From an uncultured Elusimicrobia bacterium (GTDB lineage Bacteria; Elusimicrobiota; Elusimicrobia; JACQPE01), in the NCBI GenBank assembly GCA_964357255.1, contig CAYHKQ010000002.1:727-64726 (forward strand): a DNA stretch of 64,000 nucleotides, written 5' to 3'. Position numbers and translations under genes: made by a program. The notes beneath the pieces are model-generated. The model did not search any database. It had not been told where the DNA came from and saw only the letters and a list, made by a program, of their open reading frames with translations. This document shows positions 1-10,042 of this stretch, piece after piece. Numbering within the stretch: the stretch's first letter is position 1; each line of letters starts with the position of its first letter.

Positions 1-2803
1 CAAGACCGAACGGTATCGCCTGGCGGAAGCCCTGGCAGGAGCTTCGGGGCATGATGATGATCAATGGAGACTTCCTTGGAGCGCCCATCACCTGCTTCTC
101 CTAACGGCCACGCCGCATATGGGAAAGGACTATCCCTACTACGCCATCTGGCGGCTTCTCGAGCCGGAGATTCTCACCACGCCGGAGGCCTTTCACGAGT
201 TTCCCGCCGACCAGCGTCGATCCCGTTTCATCCGGCGTACTAAGGAGGAGATGGTTTACCTGGATGGCCGGCCCATGTATCCCAAACGGGTTTCCGATAC
301 TTTGGGCTACGACTTGACTCAAGGTGATGTCAGTGAGCAAAAACTTTATGACGAAACCACAGACTATCTACGGTTTGTCTACAACAAGGCGAAGCTGTTG
401 AATCGCGAGGCCGCACGATTGGCCATGAGCGTTTTTCAGCGCCGATTGGCCAGCTCGACCTACTCCCTCCTGCGCTCGTTTGAGCGCCGGATCGAAAAGC
501 TGGACAAATTCGTCGCCGACGTGCAGGACGGCAAGCTAACCCCAGACCAGCTTGTCACGCTGCAGCAGCGAATTCACGAGGACCATGACGTTCTGGAATC
601 TAAGACCGCGGATGATGAAGCCGGGGATGAAGGCCGCGAAGAAAACGAAATTGCCGAAGAAAAACTCCTTCAAGGCGTGGTCGCAGCCTCGCTTGCTGAT
701 TTGCTGGCTGAAAGAGAGCATGTCCAGCGGCTTCTCGATTTAGCGAAAAGGGTCCAGGATTCCGGCCAGGAGTCAAAATTCGAGAAGTTACGCGAGGTCT
801 TAACTGCATCCAAATTCAACGGCGAGAAGTTCATCGTTTTTACCGAGCATCGCGATACGCTCGACTTTATCGTTAGTCGGTTGGAAGGCATGGGCTACAC
901 AGGCCAAGTTGCACGAATCCATGGTGGCATGAGCACTCAACCCGACTCTGCGGCGGGTCTAAGCGAGCGCGAACGGCAGGTTGAATTCTTCCGTCGTTCT
1001 TTATCCGAAGGCGGCGCGCGGTTCCTTATATGCACGGATGCCGCAGGCGAAGGAATAAACCTCCAGTTCTGCTGGATCATGATCAACTATGACGTTCCCT
1101 GGAACCCGGCCCGCTTGGAGCAGCGCATGGGACGCATCCACCGGTACCTCCAAAAGCACGATCCCGTTATCATTGTGAACCTAGTCGCTCCCTCTACCCG
1201 CGAGGGGAAGGTCCTCAAGGTTTTGCTCGACAAACTTGAGAAAATTCGCAAGGAGCTCCAATCGGATAAGGTTTATGACTGCATCGGCCGGGTTTTTGAA
1301 GGCGTCTCCATCAAGCGGTATATGGAGTTAGCGGTGACCGAGGACGCCCAATCCGTGGCCCGCGAGTTGGATGGCCGGTTGACTAAGGAGCAGGTTGAGG
1401 CTATTGCCGCGCGGGAGAAGACCCTGTATGGGACCGGCGGCGACGTGGCCCAAGAACTCCCTCGTCTGCGGACCAATCTGGAGCACGATGTCTATTTTCA
1501 CCTTCTGCCCGGGTATGTGCGGCAATATGTCCAACAGGCTGCGCCGTTGGCAGGACTTGAAGTTGAAGGCGACATGGGGGGCGTTTTTTCTTTCCGGCCG
1601 GTCCGGCCCGGCGCCATTGATCCGCTGCTGTCTGTGCTTCAAATCTATCCCGAGAACTCCTGGGAGCGCCTTTCTGTTGCGCGCCCTATAGATCGCAAGG
1701 ACACCATCTGGCTCCACCCGGGAGAACCCATATTTGAACGATTCCGCGCGATTGTAAGCGAGCGATTGGCGGACGAGGGCAAACGTGGCGCAATATTTGT
1801 GGACCCGACAACGGAGAAGCCCTATCTGTTCCACCTGGCGCTCCTCTCCATTGTCCGGAAAGCGGACTCGGAAATCCCGGACCTTGCCCAAGAAGAATTG
1901 CTTGACTGCCGCCTCGTTGGGGTCAAGCAGTACGAAGGCTCGGAAATTACTCTCTGCCAGGTTGAACATCTCCTACTCTTGAAGGGTGGGCAAGGACTCC
2001 CTGCTTCTGCGCAGCGTCTAGCCGCAACTGCGAGTGAACAAAAAGAGTTTGCCCACGCTTATCTAGCTGAGCGTATGGCCCGGGAATTGGCACTCGAACG
2101 CAGAACGCGACTGCTGGATAGCCTGCCTGAACGGGAAAATTTCATTCTGCGGGGATTCGATTACCAAGAGATGGACTTGACCGCTGCCCGGGCCAAACAT
2201 ACTGGGAAAGCGCGTACCGGCAATCGCAAGGCCATCGAATCCCTGGAGGAAGTTAAGCGCCAACAGAAACTCCTAACTGGCCGCCGTGAAAATGCTCTGG
2301 CCTTGCTACGCCGCGAGCCAGAACTAATCGCGCCTGGACAGGTTACATTCATTGCCCATGCCTTGGTCGTGCCGTCCAGCGATCCAGTGGACATTGAACA
2401 GCATGAGGCTAATGTCGAGTTGGCCGCCATGAATCTGGCCCAGGCTTTCGAGGAGACGGCCGGGGCTACGGTTCATGATGTACATACCCCGGAGCTCGCC
2501 CGTTTGGCCGGGCTCCCGGACAATCCCGGATTTGACCTTCTCTCCGTTAGGCCCGGCAACGATAAGCGCGCCATAGAAGTCAAAGGCCGATCTGGCGCCG
2601 GAGAAATCGAGGTTTCCGCCAACGAGTGGGCCAAAGCCTGCAACATGCGCCAGGATTATTGGCTCTACACTGTTTATGATTGCGCCACCCCAAGCCCGCG
2701 ACTCATCCGGGTACAGGACCCTTTCGGCAGTCTCCTCGTGAAAGCCAAAGGGAGCATGCTAATTTCGTCATCGGAAATCACGGCGGCAGCACAAGCACAA
2801 TGA
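1..2803 (+). CDS. SNF2-family helicase (C-terminal half; 5' end truncated by the window edge) with a C-terminal DUF3883-like domain
   Basis: The frame is open from nt 2 with no stop before the first ATG at 119. Residues encoded at 92-190 read LLLTATPHMGKDYPYYAIWRLLEP, which is SNF2 motif III plus the ELWsLLnFL box. The helicase-C motifs IV-VI follow (FIVFTEHRDTL, LICTDAAGEGINLQ, QRMGRIHRYLQ). The C-terminus (GRSGAGEIEVSANEWAKACNMRQDYWLYTVYDC) resembles DUF3883. Confidence 0.75.
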   Translation, partial: KTERYRLAEALAGASGHDDDQWRLPWSAHHLLLLTATPHMGKDYPYYAIWRLLEPEILTTPEAFHEFPADQRRSRFIRRTKEEMVYLDGRPMYPKRVSDTLGYDLTQGDVSEQKLYDETTDYLRFVYNKAKLLNREAARLAMSVFQRRLASSTYSLLRSFERRIEKLDKFVADVQDGKLTPDQLVTLQQRIHEDHDVLESKTADDEAGDEGREENEIAEEKLLQGVVAASLADLLAEREHVQRLLDLAKRVQDSGQESKFEKLREVLTASKFNGEKFIVFTEHRDTLDFIVSRLEGMGYTGQVARIHGGMSTQPDSAAGLSERERQVEFFRRSLSEGGARFLICTDAAGEGINLQFCWIMINYDVPWNPARLEQRMGRIHRYLQKHDPVIIVNLVAPSTREGKVLKVLLDKLEKIRKELQSDKVYDCIGRVFEGVSIKRYMELAVTEDAQSVARELDGRLTKEQVEAIAAREKTLYGTGGDVAQELPRLRTNLEHDVYFHLLPGYVRQYVQQAAPLAGLEVEGDMGGVFSFRPVRPGAIDPLLSVLQIYPENSWERLSVARPIDRKDTIWLHPGEPIFERFRAIVSERLADEGKRGAIFVDPTTEKPYLFHLALLSIVRKADSEIPDLAQEELLDCRLVGVKQYEGSEITLCQVEHLLLLKGGQGLPASAQRLAATASEQKEFAHAYLAERMARELALERRTRLLDSLPERENFILRGFDYQEMDLTAARAKHTGKARTGNRKAIESLEEVKRQQKLLTGRRENALALLRREPELIAPGQVTFIAHALVVPSSDPVDIEQHEANVELAAMNLAQAFEETAGATVHDVHTPELARLAGLPDNPGFDLLSVRPGNDKRAIEVKGRSGAGEIEVSANEWAKACNMRQDYWLYTVYDCATPSPRLIRVQDPFGSLLVKAKGSMLISSSEITAAAQAQ

Positions 2804-2825
2804 ACCATTTGAAAGGAGATTATAA

Positions 2826-4019
2826 ATGACCGATAAAGAACTTGAAGCGCTCCTCGATGACATTGAATCGGACCGCGCGGAGCGTAAAGAATCACCATCG
2901 GACACGGGCAAAATCAGGCAAGCCATCTGCGCTTTCGCCAACGATATGCCAAATCATCGCCAGCCCGGCGTTTTATTCATCGGAGCCGACGATCTGGGAA
3001 ATCCCGTTGGACTCTCGGTAACAGAACAATTGATCCAAACGCTCTCGTCCATACGCTCGGATGGAAATATCCTGCCGCTTCCCGTCATGACCGTGCAAAA
3101 GCGAAAGCTTAAAGGGAAAGATTTGGCTGTGGTCGTGGTGCAGCCTTCAGACGCGCCGCCCGTTAAATTTAAGGGAACAATTTGGATTCGAGTTGGTTCG
3201 AGCCGGGCCATAGCGAGTCCCGATGAAGAGCGGCGACTGAGCGAGAAACGTCGGCACAAAGACCTTCCATTCGACGTTCGTCCAGTGGAAAGCGCGAAGA
3301 TGAATGTATTGGATGAGTTGGCCTTTCGCCAAATTTATCTTCCGTTGGCCGTTGCCGAAGATGTGCTGCGGCAGAACCAGCGCACGCTCGAAGACCAGAT
3401 GCTCGCATCAAAGTTCGCGCATACGGGTCCTCCCGTATGTCCGACGAACCTTGGAATTCTTTCCATCGGTAAAACCCCGACGGATTGGATCCCGTGCGCC
3501 TATATCCAGTTCGTGCGCTTTGCGGGCGGAACCCTTACAGATCCCATTAAGACGTCAAATGAGATCCGCGGTCCATTGCCGGAACTGCTTAGGAAGCTTG
3601 ACGAGATACTCAAGATCAACATTCAGGAAGCCCTGGATATCACCTCCGCAGACAAGGAGATCCGCAGGCCCGACTATCCGCTGGAGGCGCTCCAACAGCT
3701 TGCCCGCAATGCCGTTCTGCACCGCTCTTATGAGAATACAAACGCCCCCATACACCTGTATTGGTTTGAAGATCGCGTGGAAATTCAGAATCCTGGGGGG
3801 CCCTTCGGAGAAGTCAATCGAATAAACTTCGGCAAGACGGGAGTATACGATTATCGGAATCTCCATATTGCTACGGTCATGAAGGAATTGGGCTATGTTC
3901 AGCGATTTGGCATTGGGATTGAATTAGCGCGTAAGGCCTGCAGGGTCAATGGAAATCCGGATCCGGATTTCGCTGTAGAGGATACGTTCATAAGCGTAAC
4001 GTTGAGGAGGGCTTCATGA
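2826..4019 (+). CDS. AlbA_2/Schlafen-like putative DNA-binding protein with a C-terminal HATPase_c_4 (RecG-like C-terminal) domain
   Basis: The N-terminus is typical of AlbA_2 (KIRQAICAFANDMPNHRQPGVLFIGADDLGNPVGL). The C-terminus is RecG-C/HATPase_c_4-like (LARNAVLHRSYEN, RVEIQNPGGPFGEV). A GGAG ribosome-binding site precedes the start. The stop overlaps the next start (ATGA at 4016-4019). Confidence 0.6.
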   Translation: MTDKELEALLDDIESDRAERKESPSDTGKIRQAICAFANDMPNHRQPGVLFIGADDLGNPVGLSVTEQLIQTLSSIRSDGNILPLPVMTVQKRKLKGKDLAVVVVQPSDAPPVKFKGTIWIRVGSSRAIASPDEERRLSEKRRHKDLPFDVRPVESAKMNVLDELAFRQIYLPLAVAEDVLRQNQRTLEDQMLASKFAHTGPPVCPTNLGILSIGKTPTDWIPCAYIQFVRFAGGTLTDPIKTSNEIRGPLPELLRKLDEILKINIQEALDITSADKEIRRPDYPLEALQQLARNAVLHRSYENTNAPIHLYWFEDRVEIQNPGGPFGEVNRINFGKTGVYDYRNLHIATVMKELGYVQRFGIGIELARKACRVNGNPDPDFAVEDTFISVTLRRAS

Positions 4020-5008
4020 GCATTCCGGTTATCACATTCTTCAACAACAAGGGCGGCGTCGGCAAAACATCCATGATCTATCACCTCTCGCATATGTTCG
4101 CTGACAACGGCATGCGCGTGTTGTCGGCCGACCTTGATCCACAATGCAATTTGACGGCGGCGTTCATTGACGAAGACCGCTTGGAGGAAATATTCAAGGA
4201 CGGGTCGCACGACAAGACCATCTTAGGCGCCATTGGACCTATAAAAAGTGGAACGGGTGATATCGCCATGCCCTACGTCGAGCCAATAAATGACAATTTG
4301 AAAGTGATCATCGGGGATTTGGGTCTTTCCTCATTCGAAGATCATTTATCAGAATGCTGGCCGAAATGCCTTGCGGGTGACGAACGCTCCTTCCGGGTAA
4401 CATCCGCCTTCTGGCGCGTTTTGCAAATGGCCGGAAAGGACTGGGCGGATGTGGCGCTTATTGACGTTGGTCCCAATTTGGGCGCGACCAATCGTGCTGC
4501 CCTGATCGCATCCGATTACGTGGTGATCCCTCTCGGACCGGACATGTTTTCCCTGCAAGGATTAGACAATTTGGGTCCTGCCCTGCGAATCTGGAGGGCT
4601 GACTGGCGAGATAGACTTAGCCGCAAGCCCCAGATTAATTTTAATCTGCCTTCCGGCAAGATTGAACCGGTTGGCTATATGGTTTTAAGACACTCTATCA
4701 GGTTGGACCGTCCCGTTAAAGCCTTCGAGAAATGGATGGCGCGTATTCCGGAAACGTATGCCCGATCCGTACTCGATACTCCATCTGCGCGGACAGTGGC
4801 CTTGGATAATGACCCGCAATGCATCGCCAAGCTGCGCGACTACCGAAGCCTCATGCCGCTGGCCCAGGAAGCCAGAAAGCCGATGTTTCTTCTAAAGCCC
4901 GCTGATGGCGCATTGGGAGCGCACGCCAACGCCGTCCATGAGGTTTACAAAGAATTTTTTGCCGTTGCTAAGACTATCGCCAAGCGGACCAATCTCAAGA
5001 TGGAGTGA
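4016..5008 (+). CDS. ParA/MinD-family ATPase
   Basis: It carries a deviant Walker A (FFNNKGGVGKTSMIYHLS) and the ParA-type DLDPQCNLT box. It is translationally coupled to the upstream gene, and the downstream gene starts 4 nt after its stop. Confidence 0.7.
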   Translation: MSIPVITFFNNKGGVGKTSMIYHLSHMFADNGMRVLSADLDPQCNLTAAFIDEDRLEEIFKDGSHDKTILGAIGPIKSGTGDIAMPYVEPINDNLKVIIGDLGLSSFEDHLSECWPKCLAGDERSFRVTSAFWRVLQMAGKDWADVALIDVGPNLGATNRAALIASDYVVIPLGPDMFSLQGLDNLGPALRIWRADWRDRLSRKPQINFNLPSGKIEPVGYMVLRHSIRLDRPVKAFEKWMARIPETYARSVLDTPSARTVALDNDPQCIAKLRDYRSLMPLAQEARKPMFLLKPADGALGAHANAVHEVYKEFFAVAKTIAKRTNLKME

Positions 5009-5011
5009 ATC

Positions 5012-8000
5012 ATGTCCGATACATCACGTTTGATTGAACACGCTTTCCCCTTGAAGCAGACTTCTTTGGACTCGGTCCACGAGAAGAACGTTCGACATGG
5101 GCACATCTCTACCCTTCATATTTGGCCTGCGAGGCGACCGCTAGCAGCCTCACGGGCCGCCCTGATCGCCACGCTGTTGCCGGACCCGGGCACACCCGAG
5201 AAGCGAAAGGAGCTCTGCGAGAAGATCGGTGGTCAATTGGTCAAGAGCATCGAGAAGAAGAAGATGCCCAACGGGGAGGTCATTGAGCGCGAGAAGGAGA
5301 GTACCGAGGGCGGCATCCTCCATTGGGGTCGGGAGACCGAGAACAAAGCACTCTTGGAGTGGTTCCGAAAGGAAATCCGCAAGGCGTACGGAGGCCGAGC
5401 CCCCAAGGTCCTCGATCCTTTCGCCGGCGGCGGGGCGATCCCTCTCGAAGCGATGCGGCTGGGCTGCGAAGTCACGGCAGTGGACATCAACCCCGTGGCG
5501 TGGTTCATACTGAAGTGTACCCTGGAATATCCGCAGAAGCTCGCCGGCCAGACGCATCCATTACCGAAATTCATCCTTGACAACGACGAGTTCATGGAGG
5601 CGTTCTACAAGGCGCATCCGCAACTCGTTGGTCGGACGAGGTGGACCAAGAAACAGAAGGAGGACTTCTCTCAGGACCTTTTCATGCAAGAGAAGGAGGA
5701 CTCGGGCCGAGCCCCCAAGGCGGACTTAGCCTGGCATGTAAGGGCCTGGGGCCAGTGGGTGCTCGACCGGGCGCGGAAGGACTTGGCGAATTTTTATCCT
5801 ACCTATGCGGATTTCGAGCCAGTAGACAAGCTCAGCATGAAACCTTACGAGAAACAGCCCATGCGCTTGGTTCCTCTCAAAAAGGACGGGACACCGGGCA
5901 TCGAGTCGCTGAACAAGGACTTCAGCAAAGATTACTTGGCCGACAAACGCAATCCGCGATGGGTCGCCAAACCCACGGCAGCCTATTTTTGGGCGCGAGC
6001 GGTTAAGTGCAAGAATTGTCGGGCTGTGGTGCCTCTTCTCAAGACCCGTTGGCTCTGCAAAAAGGATCGGAAGCGCGTTCTCCTTGTGATGGAGCCAAAT
6101 GCGAAGAAGACTGGTGTAGTCTTTGGCATTGAGACGAACGTACCCGTGAAAGGCGGGAACGCTGCGCAGCGCCGCGAAGCCGACAAGCGGCTTGGTGCCG
6201 GCACGATGTCCCGCTCAGGTGCAAAGTGCCCTTGTTGCGGCGCCATCATGGAGATGGAAGCTCTCCGGCTTGAAGGCCAAGCTGGCCGGCTGTCTGACAT
6301 TAACACGGCGGTGCTCGTGGAGGGCCAGAATGGCAAGAAATATCGTCTTCCCACCAGCCATGAAACCAGCATGGTCGAAGAGGCGGCCAAGGCCCTTCAG
6401 TCGGTATTCAGTAATTTGCCTTTCGGCAGGCCGGACGACCCGATGCCTACCAAAGAGGCCCTGGGTTTTCGGGTCCCACTCTACGGCTTTGACAAATGGA
6501 GCAAACTATTTTCTGTCCGGCAGATGCTAAGCCTCGGTGTCCTCGTAAGCTGTCCACGAGAAATCGCAAGGACTCAGAAGCGCGCATATAACGATGAATG
6601 GCTGGCTGCCATCGTTTCCTACCTTGCGTTGGTCTGCGACAAGGTGGCCGACTACAACTCTTCGTTTTGCACGTGGCATAACTCCAAAGAACAGATGCGC
6701 CAAACTTTTGCGCGTTTTGCCATGCCCATGACATGGGACTGGGCAGAGCTATGCCCCGTCAACAATGTGGGGGGGTCGCTCCTGGCTCAGTTAGATTGGG
6801 TCGCCCGCTACGTCGATCATGCTCTTGTCGCCGGAGATGGGGCGCAACCCGTATCGGTGAGCCGACAATCGTCCACCTCTTTGGCCCTGGGTGGAGTGGA
6901 TGTAGTCGTGACCGACCCGCCGTACTATGATGCGATCACTTACTCAGACCTGATGGACTTCTTCTACGTCTGGTTGCGCAGGACCCTCAAGGGACTATCT
7001 CCGTCCTTCGATGAGGTGTTCGCGTTGCCACTCGCGCCAAAGTGGGATCATGAACGAAACGATGGCGAGCTGATCGACGATAAGAGCAGGCATGGCGGCG
7101 ACCGTCAGAAGTCTAAGGCGGTATACGAGGAAGGCATGGCCCGTGTGTTCCAAGCATGCCATGCCGCTCTGGTCCCTGACGGCAAACTGGTCGTCGTCTT
7201 CGCCCATAAACATCCAGATGCCTGGGAGACCCTTGTTTCGGCGATTATCCGTGCAGGCTTCACAGTGAACGGAAGCTGGCCGATCCAGACTGAGATGGGA
7301 ACCCGTATGCGGGCGTTGTCTTCGGCTGCCTTAGCATCCTCGGTCTGGCTTGTCTGCAAGAAGCGGCCCGCTTCGGCACGTCCGGGCTGGGACAACCAAG
7401 TTCTAGATGACATGCGCCGGAACATCCGCGAGAAACTGCGAGAGTTTTGGGATGCAGGGATTCGGGGCCCGGATTTCGTTTGGGCGGCAACCGGGCCAGC
7501 GCTGGAGGCCTACAGTAAGCATCCTGTCGTGAAGAAGGCTAACGAACCTGGGCCGATGTTGGTGGGTGAATTCCTGACGCATGTGCGCCGGATGGTTGTG
7601 GATTTTGTGGTTGGCCGGGTGCTTGCAGGGGAACAGGGAGGGGATGCAGAGCTTGCCGCTACGGACCGGCTGGATGAGCCAACGGCTTATTACCTGCTCC
7701 ACCGGCATGATTTTGGCATGGAAGAGGCTCCGGCGGGAGCCTGTATTCTCTACGCAATTTCGTGCGGTGTTTCGGATAAAGAGCTGTCCGACACCTGGGA
7801 CCTCATCGGATTCACGAAAGGCAAATTAGAAGAGGACGATGAAGAAGAGAAGGCTGACGTGGACGCAAAGACCGATTCGGATTCCGAGGAAGATTCCGGC
7901 AGTAAAGTAAAGCTCAAAACATGGGCGCAGCGTAAGGGCAAGTCTCTCGGCTACGAGGCTCCGGGTGGCAAGCCCATCCCGCTCATTGATCGCATCCATT

Positions 8001-8242
8001 GCCTAATGCACCTTTGGAAGGCTGGCGATCTGCCCAAGGTGGACGAATACCTGGATGACAACGGCCTGCGCCGACAGGAGCTATTTAAGCGGCTCCTACA
8101 GTCGCTCATCGAACTGTCCCCTCACGCAAGCGAGGAGCGTTCTTTGCTTGAATCTATCAGTAATCATGTCCAGGCAAAAGGAGCTGCGCCGGTTAAGGGG
8201 CCGGAACTGTTCGCCGCCGCAAGCCAGGAGGACGAGAGATGA
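5012..8242 (+). CDS. DUF1156-family DNA methyltransferase (N6A/N4C class; helicase- and DUF499-associated)
   Basis: The N-terminus is DUF1156-like (IEHAFPLKQTSLDSVHEKNVRHGHISTLHIWPARRP). It has the AdoMet motif LDPFAGGGAIPLEA and the catalytic motif IV VVVTDPPYYDAITY. There are Cys clusters (CKNCRAV, CPCCGA) and an acidic D/E/S-rich C-terminal linker. Confidence 0.75.
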   Translation: MSDTSRLIEHAFPLKQTSLDSVHEKNVRHGHISTLHIWPARRPLAASRAALIATLLPDPGTPEKRKELCEKIGGQLVKSIEKKKMPNGEVIEREKESTEGGILHWGRETENKALLEWFRKEIRKAYGGRAPKVLDPFAGGGAIPLEAMRLGCEVTAVDINPVAWFILKCTLEYPQKLAGQTHPLPKFILDNDEFMEAFYKAHPQLVGRTRWTKKQKEDFSQDLFMQEKEDSGRAPKADLAWHVRAWGQWVLDRARKDLANFYPTYADFEPVDKLSMKPYEKQPMRLVPLKKDGTPGIESLNKDFSKDYLADKRNPRWVAKPTAAYFWARAVKCKNCRAVVPLLKTRWLCKKDRKRVLLVMEPNAKKTGVVFGIETNVPVKGGNAAQRREADKRLGAGTMSRSGAKCPCCGAIMEMEALRLEGQAGRLSDINTAVLVEGQNGKKYRLPTSHETSMVEEAAKALQSVFSNLPFGRPDDPMPTKEALGFRVPLYGFDKWSKLFSVRQMLSLGVLVSCPREIARTQKRAYNDEWLAAIVSYLALVCDKVADYNSSFCTWHNSKEQMRQTFARFAMPMTWDWAELCPVNNVGGSLLAQLDWVARYVDHALVAGDGAQPVSVSRQSSTSLALGGVDVVVTDPPYYDAITYSDLMDFFYVWLRRTLKGLSPSFDEVFALPLAPKWDHERNDGELIDDKSRHGGDRQKSKAVYEEGMARVFQACHAALVPDGKLVVVFAHKHPDAWETLVSAIIRAGFTVNGSWPIQTEMGTRMRALSSAALASSVWLVCKKRPASARPGWDNQVLDDMRRNIREKLREFWDAGIRGPDFVWAATGPALEAYSKHPVVKKANEPGPMLVGEFLTHVRRMVVDFVVGRVLAGEQGGDAELAATDRLDEPTAYYLLHRHDFGMEEAPAGACILYAISCGVSDKELSDTWDLIGFTKGKLEEDDEEEKADVDAKTDSDSEEDSGSKVKLKTWAQRKGKSLGYEAPGGKPIPLIDRIHCLMHLWKAGDLPKVDEYLDDNGLRRQELFKRLLQSLIELSPHASEERSLLESISNHVQAKGAAPVKGPELFAAASQEDER

Positions 8243-8315
8243 ATTTTGGCCAGCTAATTTATAAACTTCTCTATGCTGCGCCGAGTATTCGATATAAAAG
8301 GGAATTTCCGGCGCC

Positions 8316-8714
8316 GTGACTGACGACTTTAGGGCCGTAGCGCCGCGCCATCTGAACGATGCGCATGTTTTATCTCAATCCAATCGTTGGGCTGCGGCTG
8401 CCTATATCGGGGGTTATGCGATTGAATGCGGTCTTAAGGCGTTTTTTCTAAAGTGGCAAGATGCGCGGGAATTTAGTCACGATATCCAGTGGTTGCACAA
8501 AGCAATAACGCTTCTTCATGTTGACTCAAGCTATGCAAAGTATGCTGTGCAATTGACCCCGCTTAGACCAGGCACGCTCTGCTGGAGCGAAAAACTGCGA
8601 TATAAAAAGGCCCATCCCGCATTTGATCCAAAATCTGTGAGCGATATCCTTGAAGACGCCTCGGCCATTGTTTGCTTAATGCAGGAGGCCATGTTGGACG
8701 GTAAGATTGCATGA
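8316..8714 (+). CDS. HEPN-domain protein
   Basis: The first helix is HEPN-like (AAAAYIGGYAIECGLKAFFLK). An Rx4H motif is present (EKLRYKKAHP). The gene sits in the lower-GC segment. Its stop overlaps the next start (ATGA at 8711-8714). Confidence 0.5.
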   Translation: MTDDFRAVAPRHLNDAHVLSQSNRWAAAAYIGGYAIECGLKAFFLKWQDAREFSHDIQWLHKAITLLHVDSSYAKYAVQLTPLRPGTLCWSEKLRYKKAHPAFDPKSVSDILEDASAIVCLMQEAMLDGKIA

Positions 8715-10042
8715 AATTGCATTTCTCTGAAACCCTGCTGGCCTCTGAAAAAGCTGCCTTGGCTTCGGGTATTGACAAATTCGCTGATGCCATCACCATT
8801 GTGCGTGACGTCTCCGGCAGGATTCGGTTGATTGTGGAAATAAAATTTGGAGTAGCCCTCGAAGGTCTTGCGGAATGCCAAAGGGCAAAGGATGAGCTGA
8901 AACTCAAGCTGGAAGATTATTTTGGAGGAATTGAATTTTTAACAATAAAAGAAACACGCAGTGATAAAATTATCCTGGATTTAATCGCTAAAACCCGCCA
9001 GAAACGAGAAGCTCCACCCGGTTCCCCCTGTTCCCAGTGGTATCTGCTAGAACGGCGTTTATCAAAAAATAGCTGGTTTGAAAAGCAAAATCCGCCTTGG
9101 CCCCTGCCAACATTGCAAAAACCTGCCCCCTTAATAGCATCCTTTTATTCATTTAAAGGCGGGGTTGGGCGAACCACGGCACTTGCCGCTGTAGCCATCA
9201 ATTTGTCGCGAGTCGGCAAACGCGTTGTGATTATTGATTTGGATCTTGAGGCCCCAGGGCTTGGCAGCTTGATGCAAGGAAGGACAACCTACGGGGCGCT
9301 CGATTATCTTTTTGAACATCCTGTTTTGGGAAGAGCGGAAACCCTGGATCCCTATTGTTCACTCCAAACAGAGCAAAAATTCATATTGACCGGCGAAGCT
9401 ATCCGCGTCATACCGGCAGGCGTCCTGAACGAGGAATATATTGAGAAACTTTCAAGGCTTAATTTTCTAACTCAACAACAAGATAATGGTGGTTCCGTGG
9501 CATCCGCGCTTTCCGATCTGTTGATTCAATGCCGCGACGCCTTTGGGGCGGAATACATTTTGCTCGACGCACGCGCAGGAATCCACGATATTGGGGGCCT
9601 AGCTTTGCATGGAATGTCCCATGTCAATATTCTATTTGGCAGAGCCAGTCCTCAATCGTACGAAGGATACTCCCTCATACTGCCAGAATTGGGCCGTTTG
9701 AATGTACAGCAAGGCGAGGATGCTCCCTTATGCCTGCCAGTTCACGCTTTCGCCCCCCCCGCAGGCGATCAAAACCGGGAAACGGAGATTGAGAATTTTC
9801 GTAGCACAATTTACGATCTTTTCGTTAATAACTACTATCCAAGTGAAGATGACATCCCGGATATTAATGATTCCGAGGCTGAACATTTTCCTTCGGTTTT
9901 GAGCTGGAATCCCTCGCTTGCCCGTTTTACGGATTTAACGGATGTCGTTGAATATTTAACGCAAGGGGAATACTCTGACTTAGCAGAGCGTCTCGCCGGC
10001 ATAAGAGGCGATTCTCTTTCCAGGAGGCAATCTTCCCCGTGA
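8711..10042 (+). CDS. ParA/MinD-like protein with a degenerate Walker A (KGGVGRT) and an about 150-aa N-terminal extension
   Basis: It has SFKGGVGRTTALAAVAINLS followed by VVIIDLDLEAPGL and ILLDARAGIHD (Walker B-like). The conserved P-loop Lys is replaced by Arg. The stop overlaps the GTG start of the next gene. Confidence 0.5.
   Translation: MKLHFSETLLASEKAALASGIDKFADAITIVRDVSGRIRLIVEIKFGVALEGLAECQRAKDELKLKLEDYFGGIEFLTIKETRSDKIILDLIAKTRQKREAPPGSPCSQWYLLERRLSKNSWFEKQNPPWPLPTLQKPAPLIASFYSFKGGVGRTTALAAVAINLSRVGKRVVIIDLDLEAPGLGSLMQGRTTYGALDYLFEHPVLGRAETLDPYCSLQTEQKFILTGEAIRVIPAGVLNEEYIEKLSRLNFLTQQQDNGGSVASALSDLLIQCRDAFGAEYILLDARAGIHDIGGLALHGMSHVNILFGRASPQSYEGYSLILPELGRLNVQQGEDAPLCLPVHAFAPPAGDQNRETEIENFRSTIYDLFVNNYYPSEDDIPDINDSEAEHFPSVLSWNPSLARFTDLTDVVEYLTQGEYSDLAERLAGIRGDSLSRRQSSP

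Noticed and set aside
1328-1969. A 213-aa antisense ORF inside the helicase gene. The same kind of long antisense or alternate-frame ORF occurs at 14203-14694, 16703-17317, 19766-20299, 24941-25468, 26497-26904, 39644-40150, 41282-41722, 51868-52347 and 61761-62384.
   Set aside because: All are embedded in strongly supported genes on the other strand or frame, in high-GC DNA where stop codons are rare. None has recognisable motifs, an RBS or start context. I treat them as spurious.
119-2803. The ORF-track start at 119 as the true start of the helicase.
   Set aside because: The frame is open from nt 2 with no stop. The upstream codons encode SNF2 motif III (LLLTATP). The gene therefore begins outside the window and the ATPase N-lobe is missing only because of the window edge.
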